Origin: an uncultured Acidobacteriota bacterium
GTDB lineage: Bacteria > Acidobacteriota > Thermoanaerobaculia > Multivoradales > UBA5704
DNA: 64,000 nt
Assembly: GCA_963756595.1 (NCBI GenBank)
Contig: CAVWOZ010000015.1
Location: forward strand, 132,975-196,974
Direction: 5' to 3'
The position numbers and the translations under genes are program-made. The notes under the pieces were generated by a model, which was not told where the DNA came from, did not search any database, and saw only the letters and a list, made by a program, of their open reading frames with translations. Positions 1 through 7,156 of the stretch are shown here, piece by piece. Within the stretch, counting starts at the first letter, position 1. Every line of letters begins with the position of its first letter.

Positions 1-1896
1 GCGCGCTACGTCAACGCCGTCGAGCTGGCGCCGGGGGAGATCGCCGGCCATCTCGCCAAGGCCGGCCGCTCGGCCGCCGGCAAGGAGGTCGTGCAGTACC
101 TCGCCGCCATCGGCCGCCCCGCCACCACGGCCGAGGTGGCGGACGCCGTCGGCTGCACGCCGGCCGTGGTCCGCCGCCTCGTCGCGCTCGGCGTCCTCCG
201 CCAGTTCACCCAGATCGAACGCCTCTCGCTCGACCGCCACCGGATGAACGCGGCGCCCGGGACCCCCGGATCACCGCCCGAGATCCACCTCCGTCCGGAT
301 CAGGCGCACGCGCTCGACCGCCTCACCGGCGTCCTCGAGCGCCGCGAGTTCGCGCCGCTGCTCCTCCAGGGGATGACCGGCTCGGGCAAGACCGAGGTCT
401 ACCTGCGCGCCGCCGAGGCGGCGCTCGCGCTCGGCCGGTCGACGATCCTGCTGGTCCCCGAGATCTCGCTCGTCCCCGCTCTCGCCCGCGCCGTCGAGCG
501 CCGCTTCGGCGATCACGTGGCGATCCTTCATTCCGGGATGGGGACGGGCGAGCGGCACCAGGAGTGGGAGCGGGTCCGCCGCGGCGAGGCGCGCATCGTC
601 CTCGGCCCCCGCTCGGCCCTCTTCGCGCCGGTCGTCGACCTCGGCCTGATCGTGGTCGACGAGGAGCAGGACACCTCCTACAAGCAGGAGCTCTCGCCGC
701 GCTACAACGCCCGCGACCTGGCGCTCGTCCGCGGCCGCGACGCCGGCGCCGCGGCCCTCCTCGTCTCGGCGACCCCGAGCCTCGAGAGCCGCTGGAATGT
801 CGAGCGCGGCAAGGTGGAGCTCCTCCTGCTGACCGAGCGCGCCGGCCAGGGGACGCTCCCCACGGGGATCCTGGTCGACCTGCGCGAAGCCGGGGTCTCG
901 CGCCGGCCGGGGGAGATCCATTTCACCGAGCGGCTGCAAGCGGAAATCCGCCAGACGCTCGCCGACGGCGACCAGGTGATCCTGCTGCGCAACCGGCGCG
1001 GCTACTCGCCGATGCTCCTCTGCCGCGCCTGCGGCGAGGACCTGCGCTGCGAGGACTGCGGCCTGCCTCGCACCTTCCACCGCCGCGACCGCCGGCTGGT
1101 CTGCCACTACTGCGGCTCGATGATCCCCACCCCCAAGGTCTGCCCGACCTGCAAGGAGGAGGCGCTCGAGCCGATCGGCGCCGGCACCGAGCGGGTGGAG
1201 GAGGACTTCAAGGAGCTCTTCCCCGGCGTCACGGTCGACGTCCTCGACCGCGACACCGCCCGCCGCCCCGGCGGCCCGGCCGCTCTGCTCGAGCGCTTCG
1301 AGCGTGGCGAGATCCAGGTGCTGATCGGCACCCAGATGGTGTCGAAGGGGCACCACTTCCCAAACGTGGCGCTGACCGCCGTGCTGGCGGCGGACGCCTA
1401 CCTGAGCTTCCCGGACTTCCGCGCCGTCGAGCGCACCTACAACCTGCTCGTCCAGGTGGCCGGCCGGGCGGGGAGGGGAGAGCACCCGGGCCGGGTGGTG
1501 ATCCAGACCTACCATCCCGACCACTACGCCATCCAGGCCGCGCTGCGCCAGGACGACGAGGGCTTCGCCCGCGAGGAGATGCGCTTCCGCCGCGTCTTCC
1601 ACTATCCCCCGTACACCCGCATGGTGCAGCTCCTGGTGCGCGACAAGAACCGCGACCGCGCCTGGTCGCTGATCTCCGCCCTCGCCGCCGACCTCGCGGC
1701 CCACCCCTTCGCCCGCTCCGTCCGCCTCTCCGGGCCCGCCCCCGCGCCGCTCGAGCGCCTGCGCGGCGAATGGCGCTTCCAATTGCTCGCCCGTTCGGCC
1801 GACGGGCGCGGTCTCCACCGCATGCTGAAAGAAGTCCTGCCGAAGAACCCCGGCTACGACCTCGTCATCGACATCGATCCGCAGCAGCTTCTCTGA
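1..1896 (+). CDS. priA: Primosomal protein N' (PriA helicase), 5'-partial (frame open to window edge)
   Basis: Walker A 'GMTGSGKTEVY', 'VVDEEQD', Cys-rich zinc cluster 'CRACGEDLRCEDCG..CHYCG..CPTC', 'QVAGRAGRG'. Frame 1 has no stop from nt 1, so the GTG at 91 is not necessarily the start. Confidence 0.93.
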   Translation, partial: ARYVNAVELAPGEIAGHLAKAGRSAAGKEVVQYLAAIGRPATTAEVADAVGCTPAVVRRLVALGVLRQFTQIERLSLDRHRMNAAPGTPGSPPEIHLRPDQAHALDRLTGVLERREFAPLLLQGMTGSGKTEVYLRAAEAALALGRSTILLVPEISLVPALARAVERRFGDHVAILHSGMGTGERHQEWERVRRGEARIVLGPRSALFAPVVDLGLIVVDEEQDTSYKQELSPRYNARDLALVRGRDAGAAALLVSATPSLESRWNVERGKVELLLLTERAGQGTLPTGILVDLREAGVSRRPGEIHFTERLQAEIRQTLADGDQVILLRNRRGYSPMLLCRACGEDLRCEDCGLPRTFHRRDRRLVCHYCGSMIPTPKVCPTCKEEALEPIGAGTERVEEDFKELFPGVTVDVLDRDTARRPGGPAALLERFERGEIQVLIGTQMVSKGHHFPNVALTAVLAADAYLSFPDFRAVERTYNLLVQVAGRAGRGEHPGRVVIQTYHPDHYAIQAALRQDDEGFAREEMRFRRVFHYPPYTRMVQLLVRDKNRDRAWSLISALAADLAAHPFARSVRLSGPAPAPLERLRGEWRFQLLARSADGRGLHRMLKEVLPKNPGYDLVIDIDPQQLL

Positions 1897-1915
1897 CGCG
1901 AAGTCCGCCGGGTTG

Positions 1916-2394
1916 TCGCGAGGCTTCTCCGCGGGCTTCGCTTCCCGGGACATTGCGGCAGGGACTCTTATTTCGCGGCAGAGATTCTTGCTTCGCGACA
2001 GGGCTTCTTATTTCGCGACAGATCTGGAAACTTTGCGGCGGCTCTCTTGGCTTCGCCCCAGAGACTTTTACCCTGCGGCAGCTCTGTTTGATTGGCGGCG
2101 GAGATTCTCACTTCGCGACAGCGCTGCTTGCCCTGCGGCAGAGATTCTTGCCTCGCGACGGCTCTCCTTGTTTCGCGGCAGAGATTCTAATTTTGCGACG
2201 GAGATCCTTATCCTGCGGCAGCTCTTCTTAGTCTGCGCCAGAGCTTATTATCTCGCGCCAGGAATTCTTACTCTGCGCCAGATCTGGAGGTTTCAAGGAA
2301 ACTCCATGGATTTACGGCAGAGCGATTAACTCTGCGTCAGAGATGCTGGCGTCGCGACAGAGAAACCAGCCCTGCGGCAGAGCCACAGAAGAGA
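1916..2394. repeat. Degenerate tandem array with a strict 20-nt period (~22 units), consensus about GCGRCAGAGATTCTTRYYTY
   Basis: Seventeen consecutive units begin with GCG(G/A/C)C at 1956, 1976, 1996 ... 2276 with no indel. There are 2 degenerate units upstream, a 20-nt non-matching insert at 2296-2315, then 4 more units (2316, 2335, 2355, 2375). The array is visibly lower in G+C than its flanks and lies between convergent genes. Confidence 0.9.
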
Positions 2395-2446
2395 GACGTC
2401 TTTTCTCGGTTGGCGTTGAAGATGGGGAGCTATCCCGGGGATCTCC

Positions 2447-2641
2447 GAGGCAAAGCCCCGAAGGGGCGATAGCATAAGCCCCAGGTGCTGGTTCCAGTCT
2501 GAATCCGATAGCCCCGAAGGGGCGACAGCAGACCCTCTCGAATCGGTCTGCTGCCGCCCCTTCGGGGCTGGAATTGGGTTGGGGCGGATTCCCTGGGGCT
2601 TACGCCCCAGGCTTTATGCTGTCGCCCCTTCGGGGCTTTGC
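2447..2641. repeat. Nested inverted repeat (~190 nt) built from four copies of an AGCCCCGAAGGGGCGAYAGCA module (two forward, two reverse)
   Basis: Forward copies lie near 2453-2474 and 2509-2530. Reverse-complement copies lie near 2549-2570 and 2616-2640. The centre is GCAGACC..GGTCTGC at ~2528-2551. Each module contains the self-complementary GCCCC-GAA-GGGGC. Confidence 0.85.
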
Positions 2642-2646
2642 GATTC

Positions 2647-3450
2647 TTATTCGGCTTCGGTTTTCCAGAGCTGCGCCAATTCCGCTCGCAGCCTCGCGAC
2701 TTCGGCCTCGGCATTCCTGGCTCGTTCGTCCGGAGAAGGCAGCCGCTCTCCCGTCTCGGCATTCAGAATGGCGAGAGTCTTCCCGTCCTCTTCAACACCG
2801 AATCGGAGGGCCGTGGTCTCGGAGAGAAGGTGCCCTTCCGAATCAGGCTCGATTCGACGATACCGTCCGTCGCTACCCAACCGATAGCCGGTGAGGAGGA
2901 GAAGACCCTTCGTGGCCGAAGTTGGAGGGTCGAGGATCAGATACTCCGCCACTCCAGCCTTCCGGTAAATCTCCACCTTTTTCTCATAATCATTCCGGCG
3001 GACCTCGGAGTCGAGAGACGAAACCACCTCGATGATGAGAGAGGGGCGAGCCCCTTCCTTCAGGACATCGAAGCTTCCGCGATCCGGATCGTCCTTCTGG
3101 CGTACTCCCGGAATGACGGCGATGTCGGGAGCCGGATTCGCGAGGCCGGGAATCCCCCAGAAGATCTTCATGTCGCCGGCGACCAGAACGTCATCGCGGG
3201 ACTCGAAGTGCCCTCTCAGGAGATTGGCCAGTAGAAGGAAATAATTGAAATGCGGTCCGCTCTGGGTCACTTCGTCTCCGAGCTCGGGGTCGAGGAGGTC
3301 TTCCGGCGTCAACGGAATCGGTTGCTCGGTGACTTGGCCATTCGGCAGGCGGACTCGCCGCCAGCGGGTTCCATAGCGGAAGGGGTCGACGCTCGCGGAA
3401 GAGGTCTCCGGCTCCCCGGCGGCCGGCAGCTTGCGGACGGGCTCAGCCAT
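2647..3450 (-). CDS. Uma2-family (DUF820) putative endonuclease
   Basis: Translation from the ATG at 3450 begins 'MAEPVRK...'. It carries the typical Uma2 core 'PDIAVIPG..', 'PSLIIEVVSSLDSEVRRNDYEKKVEIYRKAGVAEYLILDP'. The track ORF's upstream extension to 3582 is not supported by the paralog alignment. Confidence 0.8.
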   Translation of the reverse strand: MAEPVRKLPAAGEPETSSASVDPFRYGTRWRRVRLPNGQVTEQPIPLTPEDLLDPELGDEVTQSGPHFNYFLLLANLLRGHFESRDDVLVAGDMKIFWGIPGLANPAPDIAVIPGVRQKDDPDRGSFDVLKEGARPSLIIEVVSSLDSEVRRNDYEKKVEIYRKAGVAEYLILDPPTSATKGLLLLTGYRLGSDGRYRRIEPDSEGHLLSETTALRFGVEEDGKTLAILNAETGERLPSPDERARNAEAEVARLRAELAQLWKTEAE

Positions 3451-4263
3451 GGGAATCGGCCTTCTCGGCATGCATCCTGAGCTGTTCCAACTCGGCGCGA
3501 AGCTGTGCGACTTCGGCCTCGGCGGCGCGGCGAGCCGCCTCTTCCTGACTGGCGGTGAGAAGCCACCGGCCCGTCGCTCCATCGGCTATCCGCACCGAAC
3601 GTCCGTCTTCGGAAGGAGCAAAGAAGAGGTCGGTCGTCTCGGAGTGGAGCCGGCCCTGCGCATCGGGCTCGATCTTCCGATACCGCCGATCGGACGCGAG
3701 ACGATATCCGGTCAGCTCGAGGCGATCCTCCGGGAGGAAGGAGGATCGACGACCAGGTACTCCGGGATCCCGGCCCGCTGGTAGATCTCCACCTTCCTTT
3801 CGTAGTCGTTCCTCCGCACCTCGGGGTCGGAGTTGGAGACGATCTCCAGGATCAGGCAGGGCCGGACCCTTTCCTCGGCGACCTTGAAGATCGACCGGCT
3901 CCGATCCTTCTCGTGGATGCCGCGGATTATGGCTATGTCCGGCGAAGGGTTGGGGAGACCGGGAATCCCCCAGATCATCTTCATGTCGAAGAGGACCAGG
4001 ACGTCCGCAGTTGCGGCGAACCAGCGGGTCAGCAGGTCGAAGAGGGTCGTGGCGACGAGGCTGTGCGGTCCGCTCTGGGTCACTTCGTCTCCGAGCTCGG
4101 GATCGAGAAGGTCTTCCGGCGTCAACGGAATCGGCTGCTCGGTGACTTGGCCGTTGGGCAGGCGGACGCGCCGCCATCGCGTTCCATAACGGAAGGGGTC
4201 GGCGCTCGCGGGAGAGGTCTCCGGCTCCCCGGCGGCCGGCAGCTTGCGGACGGGCTCGGCCAT
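3443..4263 (-). pseudogene. Uma2-family endonuclease paralog, interrupted by a 1-nt frameshift (or sequencing error) near 3715-3745
   Basis: The N-terminal two-thirds ('MAEPVRK...EVRRNDYERKVEIYQRAGIPEYLVVDPPSS') lies in the frame of ORF 3712..4494. The homologous C-terminus ('LELTGYRLASDRRYRKIEPD...AEAEVAQLRAELEQL') lies in the frame of ORF 3443..4300. Its stop TGA (3443-3445) overlaps the downstream paralog's ATG (ATGGCTGA). Confidence 0.7.
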
Positions 4264-4350
4264 GGAGGAAGTATACGGCAGGGCTCGTGGGGACGGGCAA
4301 TGTCGCGGGAATCGGGAACCGGCCAAGCTGAGGCTGCCTGGTCTCCTAAG

Positions 4351-4368
4351 GATGTCGGCGCGCCGACA
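4351..4368. repeat. GATGTCGGCGCGCCGACA, containing the perfect 16-bp palindrome TGTCGGCGCGCCGACA; an identical 18-mer recurs at 19996-20013
   Basis: Exact string match read in both places. This copy lies between the divergent Uma2 and accA starts. Confidence 0.8.
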
Positions 4369-4456
4369 ATCTCTCAAGCGATACCTCTGAGGTGATACAT
4401 GAGGGTTCGGCCTCACGTTGACCTCCGGGCGGGGCTTTGCTAGGTTGCGAGACGCC

Positions 4457-5410
4457 ATGCAGTCCTCCGACTCCTTTTTCGAAGAACCTCTCAACGAGAT
4501 GCGGCGCCAGATCGAAGAGCTGGAGGGGTTCCCTCCGGGCGGCGGTCAGGAGAAGGAGCTCGAGCGCCTGCGCTCCACGCTCCGGAAGTCGACCGCCGAC
4601 GTCTACGGCAACCTCAACCGCTGGCAGAAGACCCTGGTGGCCCGCCATCAGGAGCGCCCGTATACCCTCGACTACGTCGACTGCCTGATGAGCGACTGGG
4701 TGGAGATGCACGGGGACCGGGCGTTCGCCGACGATCCGGCGATCGTCGCCGGGCTCGCCGAGTTCCGCGGGCGGAGCGTGGCGGTGATCGGCCACCAGAA
4801 GGGACGCGACACTAAGGAGCGGATCTACCGCAACTTCGGCCAGCCGCGCCCCGACGGCTACCGCAAGGCGCTGCGGGTGATGAAGCTCGCCGAGCGCTTC
4901 CGGCTGCCGGTGCTCACCTTCATCGACACCGCCGGCGCCTACCCGGGGCTCGACGCCGAGGAGCGCGGGCAGGCCGAGGCGATCGCCCGCAACCTGATCG
5001 AGATGGCCGCGCTGGAGGTGCCGATCGTAGTCACCATCACCGGCGAGGGGGGGAGCGGCGGCGCGCTCGCCCTGGGCGTCGGGGACCGCGTGTTCATCCT
5101 CGAGTACGCCACCTACTCGGTGATCTCCCCCGAGGGGTGCGCCGCCATCCTCTGGAAGGACCAGGATCGCAAGAACGAAGCGGCCGAGGCGATGCGCCTC
5201 ACCGCGCCGGACCTCCTGGCGCTGGGGGTGGTCGACGAGATCATCCCCGAGCCTCCGGGCGGCGCGCACACCGACCCCGGCGCCAGCTGCCACCGGGTGG
5301 GGGACGCCATCGAGCGCGCCCTGAACGAGCTGCTGCGCCTGTCGACCCAGGAGCTGATCGCCCGCCGCTACGAGAAGTTCCGGGCCCTCGGGGCCCACGA
5401 CGAAGGATAG
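4457..5410 (+). CDS. accA: Acetyl-CoA carboxylase carboxyltransferase subunit alpha
   Basis: 'HGDRAFADDPAIVAGLAEFRGRSVAVIGHQKGRDTKERIYRNFGQPRPDGYRKALRVMKLAERFRLPVLTFIDTAGAYPGLDAEERGQAEAIARNL' closely parallels E. coli AccA. I chose the ATG at 4457; the track ORF opens at 4418. Confidence 0.93.
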   Translation: MQSSDSFFEEPLNEMRRQIEELEGFPPGGGQEKELERLRSTLRKSTADVYGNLNRWQKTLVARHQERPYTLDYVDCLMSDWVEMHGDRAFADDPAIVAGLAEFRGRSVAVIGHQKGRDTKERIYRNFGQPRPDGYRKALRVMKLAERFRLPVLTFIDTAGAYPGLDAEERGQAEAIARNLIEMAALEVPIVVTITGEGGSGGALALGVGDRVFILEYATYSVISPEGCAAILWKDQDRKNEAAEAMRLTAPDLLALGVVDEIIPEPPGGAHTDPGASCHRVGDAIERALNELLRLSTQELIARRYEKFRALGAHDEG

Positions 5411-5432
5411 CCCCCTGGCACCGACGGAGTGG

Positions 5433-7094
5433 GTGGCTGCGGCGGTGCCGGAGAGCGCGGCGAGCCTCGAGGCGGCCGGGGTGGCGCCGTGGCTGGCGGC
5501 CCTCCTCGCGCGGCGCGGGGTGGCGGACGCGGAGGGGGCCGAGCGCTTCCTGCACCCATCCCTCGATCAGCTCCATGACCCTTTCCTGCTCGCCGGGATG
5601 GAGGAGTCGGTCGCCCGGCTGTTGGCGGCCCGCGACCGCGGGGAGACGGTGGCGATCGTCGGCGACTACGACGTCGACGGGATCTCCTCGACCGCCCTGC
5701 TGGTCGCCGTGCTCACGGCCTGCGGCATCGCGGCGAAGCCGATCCTGCCGCACCGGCTGCGCGAGGGGTACGGCTTCCAGCCGGTGCATGCCGAGCGGGC
5801 GCGCGACCTCGGCTGCGCCCTGATCGTCACGGCGGACTGCGGCAGCTCGTCGGTCGAGGCGGTCGAGCGGGCGCAGGCGCTCGGCATCGACGTCATCGTC
5901 ACCGACCATCACCTGCCGGGGTGTGAGCTGCCGGCCGGAGCGCTGCACATCAACCCGCACCAGGCGTGCTGCACCTACCCGTTCCGCGAGCTCGCGGCGG
6001 TGGGGCTGGCGTTCAAGCTCTCCCTGGCGCTCGCCGCGCGCTCCGGCAAGCCGCTCGATCCGGCGCCCCTGCTGCGCATCGCCTGCCTGGGGACGATCGC
6101 CGACCTGGTGCCGCTCCAGGGGGAGAACCGGGTGATCGCCGCCCTCGGGCTCGCGGCGCTGGCGGGGACGAAATCGCTGGGCCTGAAGGCGCTGATCCAG
6201 CAGTCGGGGATGAAGCCGCCGTTCACCGCCTCGGACATCGGCTTCCGGATCGGCCCGCGGATCAACGCCGCCGGCCGCCTCCACGACCCCGAGCGGGCGC
6301 TCGAGCTGCTGCTCAGCCGGGACGCCGTGCGTTCGGCGGCGCTGGCGCTCGAGCTCGACGGCTGGAACCGCGAGCGGCAGGCGGCGGAGGCGAAGGTGGT
6401 CGAGGAGGCGTCGAAGCTGTTCGCCACACGGGCTTCGGACGGCGGCCTGCCGCCGATCCTGGTCGCCTGGAGTGAGGGGTGGCACAAAGGGGTGGTGGGG
6501 GTGGCGGCGGGGCGGGTGGCGAAGGATCTCCACCGGCCGGTGGTGCTGCTCGGCGTCGAGGGAGGTACGGCGACGGGGTCGGGGCGCTCGGTCCCCGGGC
6601 TCGAGCTGCACGGCTTCCTCAACGACTGGAAGGGGCGGATGGTGAAGTTCGGCGGCCACGCGCAGGCGATCGGGCTGACCGTCGAGACCGGCTCCCTCGA
6701 AGCATTGCGCGGGGAGTGGGAGGCGGCGGGGAGCGCGTGGCCGGCCGAACTCCTCGCCCGCCGCGTCGAGTACGAGCTCCATCTGCCGCCGCGCGAGGTG
6801 ACCTCGGCCCTGGTGGCCCAGCTCGCGGCGCTCGAGCCCTACGGCCAGGGGAACCCGCGGCCGCTCCTGCGCACCGGCGCGCTGCGCATCGAGGGGGAGC
6901 CGCGGAATTTCGGCAACGGCCATCTCTCGGCGCGGGCGCGGGGGGAGGACGGCTCGCGGGTCGAGCTGGTAGGGTGGAAGTGGCAGGAGCGGGTGCGCGA
7001 CCTGCGCGGCAGCTTCGAGGTGCTCGCCTCGGTCGAGCACGACGCCTATCGCGGCGGTCCGGTGCTGCGGCTGGTGGACAGCCGGCCGCTCTGA
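5433..7094 (+). CDS. recJ: Single-stranded-DNA-specific exonuclease RecJ
   Basis: DHH-family motifs 'IVGDYDVDGISS', 'VTADCG', 'IVTDHHLP', and the DHHA1 region 'GGHAQAIGL'. GTG start. Confidence 0.9.
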   Translation: MAAAVPESAASLEAAGVAPWLAALLARRGVADAEGAERFLHPSLDQLHDPFLLAGMEESVARLLAARDRGETVAIVGDYDVDGISSTALLVAVLTACGIAAKPILPHRLREGYGFQPVHAERARDLGCALIVTADCGSSSVEAVERAQALGIDVIVTDHHLPGCELPAGALHINPHQACCTYPFRELAAVGLAFKLSLALAARSGKPLDPAPLLRIACLGTIADLVPLQGENRVIAALGLAALAGTKSLGLKALIQQSGMKPPFTASDIGFRIGPRINAAGRLHDPERALELLLSRDAVRSAALALELDGWNRERQAAEAKVVEEASKLFATRASDGGLPPILVAWSEGWHKGVVGVAAGRVAKDLHRPVVLLGVEGGTATGSGRSVPGLELHGFLNDWKGRMVKFGGHAQAIGLTVETGSLEALRGEWEAAGSAWPAELLARRVEYELHLPPREVTSALVAQLAALEPYGQGNPRPLLRTGALRIEGEPRNFGNGHLSARARGEDGSRVELVGWKWQERVRDLRGSFEVLASVEHDAYRGGPVLRLVDSRPL

Positions 7095-7156
7095 TCGCCG
7101 GCTGTCTTACCGCGAAATAGAGCTCAAGGTTCCAATCCCGCTAGAATCCACCGCGC

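Noticed and set aside
1913-2329. 138-aa ORF, and the tail of ORF 564..2231, running through the 20-nt tandem array
   Set aside because: The repeat period (20 nt) is not a multiple of 3, and the consensus unit simply lacks stop triplets. All three forward frames stay open, and the translation is a 20-aa pseudo-periodic artefact. There is no start context.
1916-2394. Possibility that the tandem array is a CRISPR array
   Set aside because: The units are contiguous 20-mers with no unique spacers between them. The repeat length is too short, and no cas genes are in the window.
3451-3582. Upstream extensions of the Uma2 ORFs in the track (3451-3582, and 4264-4494 for the second copy)
   Set aside because: Both paralogs align from the same MAEPVRK methionine. 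The extensions are Arg/Pro-rich and unmatched between the copies.
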